Positions 1 to 9,917 are shown, numbered from the stretch's first letter. The stretch is DNA of 32,000 bases from Candidatus Harpocratesius repetitus (GCA_021498095.1 JAIZWK010000001.1:3480001-3512000), one strand, 5' to 3'. Numbers and translations: made by a program. The notes: generated from the sequence alone by a model not told the origin.

Positions 1-242
1 TCTAATCGGGTAATTTTTGCACGTGTTGTAGTTTTTGTATCAGGATCAGAAACATTTACGAGATTGGAAGAGTATGCTTTGATTTTAATATTTCCACCGC
101 GGGTTCGGACAATTTTCTTACGCTCATCTGCAATATGAGTTTCAATTGGATTACGACCCATACGTGCTTTACGTTTTTTATGAGCAGTTTTAACCTTTGC
201 GCCCGAAGGTTTTCGCCTGGATCTTTCTTGATAATTAACCAC
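1..242 (-). CDS. rps8e: 30S ribosomal protein S8e, 5' part (runs off window start)
   Basis: Manual translation from GTG at 242: MVNYQERSRRKPSGAKVKTAHKKRKARMGRNPIETHIADERKKIVRTRGGNIKIK...VNVSDP. The RSRRKPSG and RTRGGN motifs are typical of S8e. Not in the ORF track. Confidence 0.93.
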   Translation of the reverse strand, partial: MVNYQERSRRKPSGAKVKTAHKKRKARMGRNPIETHIADERKKIVRTRGGNIKIKAYSSNLVNVSDPDTKTTTRAKITRL

Positions 243-432
243 GATATATCACTAAGAACTTCAACGTAGGATTTAATTAAAATTTTTCTCTTTCCACACT
301 TGATCGCAGAATCCTATAAAGTTAAGCCCGAGTTTTTATCTGCTTTAAACTTTATGCTCTAATTTTTATGAGTTATTATCAGATAATATAATAAGGGCAA
401 TTAATCTGTTAAATTTTTAATACAATATTTTA

Positions 433-1725
433 TCAAAAATCAGGAGTGAAGGAATTTTCAAATTTTTTTTCAATAGTTTGAATAATTTCCAGAATAATTT
501 TTTCTAATTGTTCACCTAATCTTATACATTCTTCCTTTTTTAAAGACAATTTACCCCATCTGTATTGTTCGAATTGATTTGTGAGTTGAATTAATTGTCC
601 AGAGAAATGTGGCATATTTTTCAAAGATTTATGGAAAATCTTACTTAGAGAAAGATTATAATGAATTAAATAATGATAAAACAAATTAAATAAGTATTTT
701 GGCTCTAATTGAGATGAATTCGATGTTTTGATATTACTAGATTTTCTTTTTAGAATATAACACTTTTTTTTCAAAGGAGAATATAAAAATGGTTTATCAG
801 CACCAAGATCTAAAAAAATAAAGAATATTTCTTGATATTGAAGATAATCGTGAAATATATTTTGGAAAACAACAGTATTTTTCAGATCTTGGTGATCAAT
901 ACCGGAGAGAACAACAAATTCAATATCGATCCAATCAAATGGGACATAAACTGTATTGATTTTATGAATAATCGATAATATCAATGAATTCTGAAATAAA
1001 TTAGCATTTTCTACCATTTCTTTTTGATGTAAAGTATTTCTTTTTAATGGAAATTGCATGAACAAATTACTTATGATTAATAATAAAGAACAGAAAAGAA
1101 AACACATTAAAGAAGGAAATTGAAGAAAATAAGATGAAAATATCGAAAAAAGGCGCAAAGTATAACCAACTATTAATAAGATTGTTAAAAAAACTGAAGA
1201 AAAAGGGATTATTCTAATTAAAAAGAATAATTTTAGAGATAGAAATTTTCTTGAATTTTGATCGAAAGGAGAAATGAAGAATACTTTTGCTAATTTCATG
1301 TCAAATTCTTTATGCTTATCTGAAATGAACTCAAAATTGAAACTTCTCCCAGTTTGAAGTTCAGATTTAGACAAGTGGAGGCGTTTCCAGAAATTAAATA
1401 CATGATTATTTATCAATAACAATAATAGTAAATTAATAGCAAAAATTGAAATAATCGATGAATTATTTAATGGGGCAAAAAGGAGAAAAGTAGAAGAAAA
1501 AACCCACCATATTAAAGAAATTAAATTATTAAAGAACGAATTTGATGAATAGGAAAAAGAATTAATCTTATATGAGTAATTATTTTTTTTACTCCATTCA
1601 AGAAAAAAAATTGGCCATTTATCTTTGTTATGCATATTTTTTTTTGAGAAATCTTGAAGTATGTGATAAATTTGTGAGAAAGAGCCATTATCTTGAATAG
1701 AATCTATTTTCTTCATCCCTAACAT
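433..1725 (-). CDS. Hypothetical multi-pass membrane protein
   Basis: 430-aa ORF with about 4 hydrophobic segments (aa ~65-110 and ~165-220) and a soluble C-terminal half. No catalytic motif recognised with confidence. Confidence 0.6.
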   Translation of the reverse strand: MLGMKKIDSIQDNGSFSQIYHILQDFSKKNMHNKDKWPIFFLEWSKKNNYSYKINSFSYSSNSFFNNLISLIWWVFSSTFLLFAPLNNSSIISIFAINLLLLLLINNHVFNFWKRLHLSKSELQTGRSFNFEFISDKHKEFDMKLAKVFFISPFDQNSRKFLSLKLFFLIRIIPFSSVFLTILLIVGYTLRLFSIFSSYFLQFPSLMCFLFCSLLLIISNLFMQFPLKRNTLHQKEMVENANLFQNSLILSIIHKINTVYVPFDWIDIEFVVLSGIDHQDLKNTVVFQNIFHDYLQYQEIFFIFLDLGADKPFLYSPLKKKCYILKRKSSNIKTSNSSQLEPKYLFNLFYHYLIHYNLSLSKIFHKSLKNMPHFSGQLIQLTNQFEQYRWGKLSLKKEECIRLGEQLEKIILEIIQTIEKKFENSFTPDF

Positions 1726-1751
1726 TCATTTAGTATGGAATCTTTATAAGC

Positions 1752-2315
1752 ATGATCATGAAAACGTTATGGGGAATCGTTGGATTACCCGGAAGTGGGA
1801 AATCTCAAGCAATTTCTTTTGGTAAACAATTTGCACCAGTAATTGTTATGGGAGATGTAATTCGGGAGGAAACACTTCGAAGAGGATTGGAGATAAATCC
1901 TGAAAATTTAGGGAAAATTGCAAGAGAACTTAGAAAAAATGAAGGAAAAGCAGCAATTGCTCGTCGATGTGCGGAAAAAATCGAACAAATCCAGAGTCCG
2001 ATCATAATTATTGATGGAATTCGCTCTATGTTTGAAGTTGATTTTTTTAGGGAGCGTTATAATTTAATATTGATTGCATTAAGCGTTTCTGAAAAAATAA
2101 GATATGAACGCTTGAGATCCAGAAATAGAGCCGATGATTCTCAAGAAATGCAAATTATACGCCAACGAGATGAACGTGAATTATCATTTGGACTTGGAGA
2201 TGTAATTGATAATGCATATTATATTATTGATAATAATGGAAGTTTACTTGATTTGGAGCGAAATTGCACCGCACTTTTTCAGAAATTAAGAAAAGATTCA
2301 AAAGAAGGAAAATAA
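1752..2315 (+). CDS. UPF0200 / dephospho-CoA-kinase-like P-loop protein
   Basis: GLPGSGKS P-loop, MGDVIREE, IIIDGIRS..E, R.R.DD and DNNGS. Followed by a UPF0201 gene, as is common in archaea. Confidence 0.85.
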   Translation: MIMKTLWGIVGLPGSGKSQAISFGKQFAPVIVMGDVIREETLRRGLEINPENLGKIARELRKNEGKAAIARRCAEKIEQIQSPIIIIDGIRSMFEVDFFRERYNLILIALSVSEKIRYERLRSRNRADDSQEMQIIRQRDERELSFGLGDVIDNAYYIIDNNGSLLDLERNCTALFQKLRKDSKEGK

Positions 2316-2319
2316 AAAT

Positions 2320-2766
2320 ATGATAACATTGATATTATTCACTAAAATATATCCATCCGAAGATCCAAATATTATCGAGCAAATTTTGGCACAATTTGGA
2401 ACACCAGAAAAGATAGAGATAAAAGATTCTTCAGAATCACAAGTAAAAGAAATTCAGATGGTATTTCATGGAAGAGAGAATACTAACTTTATATTTTCAC
2501 AAATAAGAAAAAACCGGACTGTAGAAGCTTTTCGACAATTTTTACTTGCAAAATTAGAAGCAGAAACTAATTCCATTACTTTCATGATCAATAAACAAGT
2601 ATTGACTAAAGGAAAAATAGTACTTTGTAAAACACCTTCTGAATCTCCTTTGGGTCCTGTTTGGGTAACCTTAGAATCAACAAATTTACCGATATTGATT
2701 GATTATCTTTTTCCACCAACTAAAAAAGGTAAAGTAATTGAAGCAAAAGTAATACCTGTTGAATAA
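2320..2766 (+). CDS. UPF0201 (DUF54) putative RNA-binding protein
   Basis: IYPSEDP at the N-terminus, F.INKQV...GK, and ESPLGP. Lies 4 bp after the UPF0200 gene. Confidence 0.8.
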   Translation: MITLILFTKIYPSEDPNIIEQILAQFGTPEKIEIKDSSESQVKEIQMVFHGRENTNFIFSQIRKNRTVEAFRQFLLAKLEAETNSITFMINKQVLTKGKIVLCKTPSESPLGPVWVTLESTNLPILIDYLFPPTKKGKVIEAKVIPVE

Positions 2767-2789
2767 TAAAATAAAAAGAAGTTAAAAAA

Positions 2790-3740
2790 TTAAGAAGAAG
2801 TATTTTTTGCCATTAAAGATTTTATTTTCTTTTCTAATTCATCAGCTCTTTTCTTTTCTTCTTCAGCTCTTTTCTTTTCTTCTTCAGCTCTTTTCTTTTC
2901 TTCTTCAGCTCTTTTCTTTTCTTCTTCAGCTCTCTTCTTTTCTTCTTCAGCTCTCTTCTTTTCTTCTTCAGCTCTTCGCTCTGCCTCTTTAGCTCTTCGT
3001 TCTGACTCTTCTGCCTTTTTTCTTTCTTCTTCGAACTTCGATAATAATACTTCATTTTTTCCTTTTTTTAGTAGAATTAAACGGGATCGGGGTTTTGCAC
3101 CTAAGTAAGTTCGATCAAGCTTTTTTAAAGCAAGATCAAATGGAATTTTAGCAGGTAAATCTATTCTAGCATGCTCATCAATTATTTTATCTTCAATTAT
3201 CATATATTCATTTAAATCGATAGAAACATACGACCCTTTTTCATTTAATATATAAACACGTAAAAATGGATGGCTTAGCACCTTTCGAGCAATTGGATAA
3301 GGAAGAAAGATTATATAAACAAGAATCTTTAGTCTTCGACACGTTTCCAATATTTCTGAAAGATCTTTTCTCCAAGTACTTTTTGAAAGAATATTAATCG
3401 CTAAATCAGGAATACGATTTTCAAAATCAGAAGCATTATATGATGGAAGATCTTCAGGTATTTTAAAATTTAAAAATAATGAAATATCAAATTGAATATC
3501 TACCCTTTCACCTTCAATCGAAAAATAATGATGTAAATCCCAAATCGATCGATGTTCAGGAAAATTAGAGCATAACACATCGAACAGGTACGAAACTTCT
3601 GCAGAATGAGGTTCACTTTCTCTACGACCAATTCTTAGTGGTTCTCTTTCTGCTTCTTCTCTCAATTCCTTTTCATATTCAGCATCCATACGAGCATGTC
3701 TTGTAGAAAAAAAATCAGATTTTTCACTATCTTGTGTCAT
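2790..3740 (-). CDS. Uma2-like (PD-(D/E)XK fold) protein with C-terminal coiled-coil repeat tail
   Basis: H...V.YL, QFDISLF and PDLAINILSKSTWRKD resemble the Uma2 pattern PDLxxExLSxST...D. Tail is (AEEEKKR)x6. Confidence 0.7.
   Translation of the reverse strand: MTQDSEKSDFFSTRHARMDAEYEKELREEAEREPLRIGRRESEPHSAEVSYLFDVLCSNFPEHRSIWDLHHYFSIEGERVDIQFDISLFLNFKIPEDLPSYNASDFENRIPDLAINILSKSTWRKDLSEILETCRRLKILVYIIFLPYPIARKVLSHPFLRVYILNEKGSYVSIDLNEYMIIEDKIIDEHARIDLPAKIPFDLALKKLDRTYLGAKPRSRLILLKKGKNEVLLSKFEEERKKAEESERRAKEAERRAEEEKKRAEEEKKRAEEEKKRAEEEKKRAEEEKKRAEEEKKRADELEKKIKSLMAKNTSS
2843..2968. repeat. 21-bp coding tandem repeat x6 (cagctcttttcttttcttctt)
   Basis: Units start at 2843, 2864, 2885, 2906, 2927 and 2948; the last two carry one substitution. 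Encodes AEEEKKR on the minus strand. Confidence 0.95.
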
Positions 3741-4008
3741 AAAAATCTCTCACTTTTTTATATCAAAATTATAATATAAGATGAATATTATTAAGATTAC
3801 TAATAAAAATATGAAGTCTGTTGATTTATTAAGAACAACTAAATCTATAGAAAAAAATAGAAAGAACTACAATTTTGCGTAATTTTTTCTTCAAATTACA
3901 AAAAAATAGTGCTAGCTATTTCAAAATAATGATATCAAAAAGAGTATAAAAAAAGAATTGAAAAGAATAGTTTTATATAATTATTGGTTGATAAAGAGAA
4001 GTTAATCT

Positions 4009-4920
4009 CTAATCACGATTCTGAAGGGCATTTGCAATAGTTTCAGCCAAAGAAGCTTGCATTGCAATCGAATCTAAGGCATCAGTGCCAATAATTTCAG
4101 TTGTTCCAGCAGAGATCAATTTTACAACTGCATTCCCAATAAGTAATGGATGCGTTCCTACTGCGTATATAGTTGTAGCTCCGCCTTTTTTAGCAATTTG
4201 GATTGCACGCGCCATGGTTCCTCCAGTAGCAATTATGTCATCAGCAATTATCACATCTCTACCTTGAACGTCAATTTCACCTCTCATAGTAATTTGACCT
4301 GTTTTTACATCCCGCTTTTTCTCAAATTGAACCACAGGAATATTCTCACCTAAATGGCGCGCAAATGCTCTCGATCTCTCAAATGCACCCTTATCGGGAC
4401 AAATAACCACAGGATCAGACAATCCTCGATTTTTACATGTTTGAGCCAAAACTTCCATAGGATCCAAATTGAAGGCTGGAATATTTAATACTTCAAAAAC
4501 TTTAGGTGCATGCACATCTACGGTATAAAATTCTGTGGCTCCAGCTTGTTCAATCCATTTTAACAACTCTTCAACAAAAATTGCTTCACCAGGTCGAAAT
4601 ACCTTATCTTGACGTGAATAAGCCAAATATGGAACCACTACACGAATATGGGCAGGATTTAAGCGTTTTGCAGCACTTATCATCATAATGAGTTCCATAA
4701 ATCGCTGATTCTGATCAGCTACAGCAGATGCTCCTGTAGTTTGGACAATAATAACATCCTGCTCAAAAAAAACGGATTCTTCATCAATATCAAGTCGTAA
4801 ATAACATTCTCCATCGGGGAATTTCTTATATTCGGTTGAGATTACGATTGCATCCAGCAATTCAGCCAATTTAACCGCTAAAAATTGAGAGGCAGGTCCT
4901 GCCACAACATATTGTTTCAT
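4009..4920 (-). CDS. prs: Ribose-phosphate pyrophosphokinase
   Basis: KFPDGE, PYLAYSRQD, VDVH, PDKGA, and the PRPP-binding motif VIIADDIIATGGTM. ATG at 4920 is preferred over 4932. Confidence 0.96.
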   Translation of the reverse strand: MKQYVVAGPASQFLAVKLAELLDAIVISTEYKKFPDGECYLRLDIDEESVFFEQDVIIVQTTGASAVADQNQRFMELIMMISAAKRLNPAHIRVVVPYLAYSRQDKVFRPGEAIFVEELLKWIEQAGATEFYTVDVHAPKVFEVLNIPAFNLDPMEVLAQTCKNRGLSDPVVICPDKGAFERSRAFARHLGENIPVVQFEKKRDVKTGQITMRGEIDVQGRDVIIADDIIATGGTMARAIQIAKKGGATTIYAVGTHPLLIGNAVVKLISAGTTEIIGTDALDSIAMQASLAETIANALQNRD

Positions 4921-5005
4921 AATTCTCATCAAATATTTCTTTTAAGAAAAAAATTCTTGTATAATGTAAATAACTTTAAAATTGAGAAAAACCTTTTGAA
5001 AATTT

Positions 5006-5404
5006 ATGTCACAATCAGAATTAGAAATTACATTAACATTCATCGGAACCCCCCATGTTTTAAAGGGAAAACTTATTCGATTTCATGCTCCCTTAACAAT
5101 TCAAGCCTTAATGGATAAAACTTTGGAAAAAGGATCATTTACATGCCGTAGTCGAGGAAATATTGGATTACCTAAAGCATATTGGATGCTTTTAGTCGAA
5201 ATAAAACGCGGAGCAGAAAAACATGAATATAAAGATGTAAAAATTGGTGATATTGTTTATTGTCCCAGACAAGATGCAGTTTATCTCATATACGCCCAAC
5301 CAAAAATTTCACTGCCTGTTTATTATTTAGGTGAATTAACTGAAGGTATTGATGCTTTAAGAAATATGAAAAATGGAACAATGGTTAAAATCGAAATTCA
5401 TTGA
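5006..5404 (+). CDS. Cyclophilin-like fold protein (TM1367/DUF369 type)
   Basis: 132 aa. AP.TI.AL and GDIVYCP.QDAVYLIY resemble GDIAYWPPG.A.CIFY. Confidence 0.7.
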   Translation: MSQSELEITLTFIGTPHVLKGKLIRFHAPLTIQALMDKTLEKGSFTCRSRGNIGLPKAYWMLLVEIKRGAEKHEYKDVKIGDIVYCPRQDAVYLIYAQPKISLPVYYLGELTEGIDALRNMKNGTMVKIEIH

Positions 5405-5692
5405 ATCCAAACTTCAATTGAAGCGATGATTGATTTAGTTGCTATGGCAGCAAAAGAATTAGGTTTTCAAGTTCAAGATGACGAAACAAATATTCAAAAT
5501 TTAACAAAAACCATGGGAATTGATAAAGAATTAGGGAATAAATTAAAAAAAGCAAATGGAATGCGTAATCTTATTGTTCATCGTTATAATGGTATTGAAG
5601 ATAAACGCATTTTGCAATCAATTCCTGAAATAAAAGATTTATTAACAAAATGGATTGATATAATTGAAGAAATCATCGGAACAAATAGTTAA
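5405..5692 (+). pseudogene. HEPN/HepT (DUF86) ribonuclease toxin, 5'-truncated
   Basis: RNLIVHRY matches the RX4HXY motif. The reading IQTSIEAMIDL begins immediately after the upstream TGA in the same frame. The N-terminal helices of a full DUF86 protein appear to be missing; the first ATG (5426) gives only 88 aa. Confidence 0.75.
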
Positions 5693-6107
5693 TATTCCAT
5701 CAATTGATTATTTAAGAAAGAATCTTTATGAGATTAAAGATTGGTATGAGACTGTATGTTTTGGTTCTATAGTTGAAGGAACCTTTAGACCTGAATCAGA
5801 TATAGATATTGCAGTAATCACTCGAAATCATGATAAAGACAGTAATTTTAAAATATTACTTAATTTATACGAAAAATACGGCTCTAAATTTGATTTTAAG
5901 ATTTTCGAATTACTTCCAATTTATGTTCAAATTTCAATTATCCAAGATCATTGGATAATTTTTGGAGATCCTTTAGAAATTTCAGAATATTTCTACTTTT
6001 ATCGTAAAAAATGGGAAGATTGCAAACATCGAATTTTATCAAACCAATTCTCTAGCTATAGAGAGCGGTTAGCAATTATAAACTCAAGAAAAATTAAAAA
6101 TAAATAA
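5664..6107 (+). CDS. Minimal nucleotidyltransferase (MNT/MntA-type antitoxin)
   Basis: FGSIVEGTFRPESDID matches GSX10DXD. Overlaps the 3' end of the HEPN gene. Confidence 0.88.
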   Translation: MKKSSEQIVNIPSIDYLRKNLYEIKDWYETVCFGSIVEGTFRPESDIDIAVITRNHDKDSNFKILLNLYEKYGSKFDFKIFELLPIYVQISIIQDHWIIFGDPLEISEYFYFYRKKWEDCKHRILSNQFSSYRERLAIINSRKIKNK

Positions 6108-6194
6108 ATAAAGACTTAAGTTCGTAAGTCAAATTCCAACTTTTCAAAAAAAAAGCGAACTTTTTACTTTAATGTTTACTTATTATACAATATT

Positions 6195-6437
6195 GTGAGC
6201 AAAATAATTACTGTTAATCGAAAAGGAATGATTACAATTCCAGTTAATATTCGAAAAAAATATAATATCAAAGAAAACTCTAAATTAGTTATTCTAGATA
6301 TTGATGGAAAACTTGAAATAATACCGATTTATGAAGATTTTTCTAAATTACAACAAAATTTATCTTCAAGAGAAAAAATTAAAGAAAGTATTAAGCAATC
6401 AATAGATATAGAATTAAAAATTGAGGGAGCAGATTGA
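6195..6437 (+). CDS. AbrB/MazE/SpoVT-family antitoxin (VapB-like)
   Basis: ITVNRKGMITIPVNIRKKYNIKENSKL is an AbrB swapped-hairpin signature. Overlaps the PIN gene by 4 bp. Confidence 0.88.
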   Translation: MSKIITVNRKGMITIPVNIRKKYNIKENSKLVILDIDGKLEIIPIYEDFSKLQQNLSSREKIKESIKQSIDIELKIEGAD

Positions 6438-6856
6438 AAGAAATTTGCATTGATACTGGAGTATTAAGCATTTTCTTTTCTAAAAATCCAACTACTCAAG
6501 TTAGAGCCCTAATGAAAGAAATCTTACAAAAAAAGATTAATGTTTACCTCCCCAAACCTGTATTGATTGAATCATTTTTTCATCTATGTAAAATAAATGG
6601 AAAAGAAATTGCTAAAATTACACTTCTCTCATTTTTGGAAAAATATCCATTAAATTTAGTTGAATTTGATAATAATTTAATTATCCAGGCAGGTCAAATA
6701 AAATGTCAACATCACAATACTCTGTCATATATAGATTGTATGGGAATTGCTATTGCATTAAATAAAAATATCCCGTTTCATACAACTGAATTAAATCTAA
6801 AAAAAATCCCACACAATCTCTTAAATAGATTGAAAATTGTTAAATATTCTTTTTAA
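6434..6856 (+). CDS. PIN-domain toxin (VapC-like)
   Basis: ICIDTG, VLIES and LSYIDC..IA.A supply the PIN acidic residues; 140 aa; coupled to the AbrB gene. Confidence 0.88.
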   Translation: MKEICIDTGVLSIFFSKNPTTQVRALMKEILQKKINVYLPKPVLIESFFHLCKINGKEIAKITLLSFLEKYPLNLVEFDNNLIIQAGQIKCQHHNTLSYIDCMGIAIALNKNIPFHTTELNLKKIPHNLLNRLKIVKYSF

Positions 6857-6860
6857 TTTA

Positions 6861-6918
6861 TCTATTCTTCAAATATGTTCTTCCTCTATTCTTCAAATAT
6901 GTTCTTCCTCTATTCTTC
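6861..6918. repeat. 24-bp tandem repeat x2.4 in a pyrimidine-rich convergent intergenic region
   Basis: tctattcttcaaatatgttcttcc at 6861 and 6885, plus a partial copy at 6909. Confidence 0.9.
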
Positions 6919-6971
6919 TTTTCTTTCTATTGTTCTATTCTTTCTTCTAATTTCTATTTCTCTTTATCTAT

Positions 6972-9917
6972 TTAAAAAAATATTTTCTTCTTTCTTGCAT
7001 AGACTCGAATCAATTCAAAAGCAATTGTGCTTGGTAAACAAAGTAAAATGCATATCACCCAATCAGAAAAACTTAACGCTGTGAAATAAAAAGTGATATT
7101 CAGCGTTTCACCCATAAACTGCTGAAGGGGTAAACTGTAGATACCAATCACGAAAATTATCAATGAAGGTAAGTAGAAGAGAAATTCCAACCATCCTAAA
7201 TCTTTTAAAGAATCTAACAGAGAATAATTAATACGACGAATTTGCAAAGGCATAATTACTGATTCTGTAATAAATAATACCAGAAATCCCATAGTTCGTG
7301 CTTTTATTATTTGAGGATTTACAAGCATTTCAACTTTTTCTGGGGGTAATTTCGGATATGGATTGTCAATTGAACCAGGATAACCGATATTCGCCAAATT
7401 TACATCATTGACATGAATTATATCAAACATACAGAAATAATAAGCAATCGCAATCGCTGCACCCATAAGAACGAGTTGAACGGCTAAAATTTTAAGAATA
7501 TTTGGAGTAATTATTTCAGCTGAATTGCGAGGCGGTTCTTCCATGACTGTTTTTGCATTTTTTCCAAAAGTAAAACCGAATGAGGGAAAGAAATGAGCAG
7601 TTAGATAAATCAGATTAAGTTGCCAATAATACCACATCTGAAAATCGGGATTTGCAGGATTTAAAGTGCTGGTAAATAATATAATGGCTTCCATAACTGA
7701 AACAAGCACAAAGAAATAAATTATGGAACGAATTTTCATAAATAATCCACGACCTTCCTTAATTCCTGTCACAATAGTACTAAATGAATCGTCTGTGATA
7801 ATCATATCAGCAGCTTCTTTTGCCACTTCTGTTCCTTGAATTCCCATCGCTAATCCACAATCAGCCATAGATAAAGCTAAAGCATCATTTACACCATCCC
7901 CACTCATAGATACGATTTTATCCATTGCTTGAAACCGTGAAACAATAATTTGTTTATGTTCTGGTGAAACACGCCCATAAACTTTAGTTCGTAGAAAATC
8001 TTCATCAGAAAGCGTTTCAATTTGATTTCCTTCTCTTGCTAAATCGTGTTCGGGATCAAAAAGTCCAATTTTTTCAGCAATAGCTTTTCCAGTAGAAATA
8101 CTATCTCCTGTAATCATTATCACATCAACATTAGCCTTTTTGCATTCATCTACGGCAGAATAAACATCTTCACGAGGTGGATCTAAAATAACAACAAAAC
8201 CTAAATAGGTTAAATCTCGTTCATAATGCTCACGTGCATTATCGGATTCAAAATCAACTGTCATTATAGATTTTGTTAATCGTCTATAAGTTAAAGAAAG
8301 AATACGATACCCTTCTGCGGCAAATTCTTTCATACGTTCAAGAATTATATTTCGCATCTCTTCATTCATATCATATTCTTCTTCTCCCAAACGATATTTT
8401 GAACATAAAGGCAGAATCCATTCAGTTGCACCTTTACAAAATAATAAATTGGTGTTTTCCGGAGTTCTAAATACTTTACTCATCCTTTTGATAGAAGAAT
8501 CAAAACTAAATTCCAATAAAAACTGGTAATTAGAATATAAAGCATCAATATCGGGATGGTACTTTTTTGCCAAAACTTTCAAAGCTGCTTCTGTGGGTAA
8601 GCCCATAATATCCCAAGTTAACTTTTCTTTCTGATCTTTTCGAAGAGTCTTTACTATTCTCTGTTGAATTTGACAATTATTATTTAAATGACCAGATTCA
8701 ATTAATAACGCTAAATGTGTATCATGAGAGTTTATGTTAATAGTCTTATTATCGTCTTGCTTGATTATATTTCCTTCATAAGAATAACCTTCACCATCTA
8801 CTTTATACTCTGCATCAGGAGTCCAAACGTGGACAACAGTCATCTCATTTTTGGTTAAAGTTCCTGTTTTATCAGTACAGACAACCGAAACACGCCCTAA
8901 ACTCTCAGTTCGTGAGATTTCTCGAACAATAACGCCTTTTTGCGCCATTGTTAACACACCTGTAAGCAGAACAATAGTGGTCAATAGTGGAAGGTTGATC
9001 GGCATTATTTTCATACCAAGATCAATAGAATCAATAATGCCTTCTCTAATGGTTGGTTCCCAAATAAATTCATCGTGAAGCCAGTAAATATAAAGTTTGT
9101 ATATAACTGATGAAATAAGTAAAAAGACAACACCAATTCCTAAATATATCGCAATATGATTCATTTTTTTACGTAAAGGAATATCACCTGTAGTTGATTC
9201 TTCTAATTTAGTACTGATTTTTCCAATTTCAGTTTCAGAACCTACTCTAACTACAATTGCAGTACATTCACCAGAAGCAACAAAAGTTCCCAGAAATAAC
9301 ATATTCTTTTGATCTTGCAAAGGAATATCAATCCCATCTATTCCATGAGCAATAATGGATTTTTTAACAGGTTCAGACTCACCGGTTAAACTTGCTTCAT
9401 CAATTGATAAATTTCGTGCTTCTATAATTCGACAATCAGCAGGAATCTTATCACCTGGATGCAGCTGAACAATATCACCAACAGTAATTTTACTTGTAGG
9501 TAATTCGATATATTCTCCATTACGAAGAACATAAGTAGTTGCTTCACTTAACTGTTTCAATGCTTGTAACTGCTTTTCTGCTCTTAACTGTTGAACAATT
9601 GCAACAATCGCATTTGCTCCAAGAATAATAAAAGTTGGAACAGTTCGTTGAATATCACCTAAAATCCACATCAAAAAAGCACTGACAAGATAAATAATAA
9701 TGAGTAAATTGATAATTGGGGCAATGACTACCTTATAAAAGGAGCGTTTAACTTTTTTTAATTCATTTAGCCCATATTTTGTGAGATTTTGCTCTACTTG
9801 GGATGGAGAAAGCCCGGTTTTAGGATCCGCATTATACAATTTAATAATTTCAGATAATTCCATTGAATAAAATGGAGTAATGGGTCGTGCCAAAGTTTCT
9901 TCTTCTATAGTAGCCAT
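6972..9917 (-). CDS. P-type ATPase, P2A/SERCA-like scaffold with a non-canonical ion-binding site
   Basis: DEASLTGES, DKTGTLT, KGATE, DPPR, MITGD and GDGVNDA are all intact. M4 reads PINLP rather than PEGLP. Confidence 0.95.
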   Translation of the reverse strand: MATIEEETLARPITPFYSMELSEIIKLYNADPKTGLSPSQVEQNLTKYGLNELKKVKRSFYKVVIAPIINLLIIIYLVSAFLMWILGDIQRTVPTFIILGANAIVAIVQQLRAEKQLQALKQLSEATTYVLRNGEYIELPTSKITVGDIVQLHPGDKIPADCRIIEARNLSIDEASLTGESEPVKKSIIAHGIDGIDIPLQDQKNMLFLGTFVASGECTAIVVRVGSETEIGKISTKLEESTTGDIPLRKKMNHIAIYLGIGVVFLLISSVIYKLYIYWLHDEFIWEPTIREGIIDSIDLGMKIMPINLPLLTTIVLLTGVLTMAQKGVIVREISRTESLGRVSVVCTDKTGTLTKNEMTVVHVWTPDAEYKVDGEGYSYEGNIIKQDDNKTININSHDTHLALLIESGHLNNNCQIQQRIVKTLRKDQKEKLTWDIMGLPTEAALKVLAKKYHPDIDALYSNYQFLLEFSFDSSIKRMSKVFRTPENTNLLFCKGATEWILPLCSKYRLGEEEYDMNEEMRNIILERMKEFAAEGYRILSLTYRRLTKSIMTVDFESDNAREHYERDLTYLGFVVILDPPREDVYSAVDECKKANVDVIMITGDSISTGKAIAEKIGLFDPEHDLAREGNQIETLSDEDFLRTKVYGRVSPEHKQIIVSRFQAMDKIVSMSGDGVNDALALSMADCGLAMGIQGTEVAKEAADMIITDDSFSTIVTGIKEGRGLFMKIRSIIYFFVLVSVMEAIILFTSTLNPANPDFQMWYYWQLNLIYLTAHFFPSFGFTFGKNAKTVMEEPPRNSAEIITPNILKILAVQLVLMGAAIAIAYYFCMFDIIHVNDVNLANIGYPGSIDNPYPKLPPEKVEMLVNPQIIKARTMGFLVLFITESVIMPLQIRRINYSLLDSLKDLGWLEFLFYLPSLIIFVIGIYSLPLQQFMGETLNITFYFTALSFSDWVICILLCLPSTIAFELIRVYARKKKIFF

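Noticed and set aside
243-432. Possible structural RNA next to rps8e
   Set aside because: AT-rich, with no convincing stems or SRP/tRNA motifs.
433-1725. Possible degenerate M28-peptidase-like domain in the membrane protein
   Set aside because: Only a vague resemblance (IEFVVLSG, FIFLDLG), with no recognisable zinc ligands.
2843-2968. Repeat regions as CRISPR arrays (also 6861-6918 and 19424-19489)
   Set aside because: The units are contiguous with no unique spacers, and no cas genes are present.
2807-3055. Plus-strand ORFs with LLQLFSF or ELKKKRK repeats
   Set aside because: Shadow frames of the 21-bp coding repeat in the Uma2-like gene.
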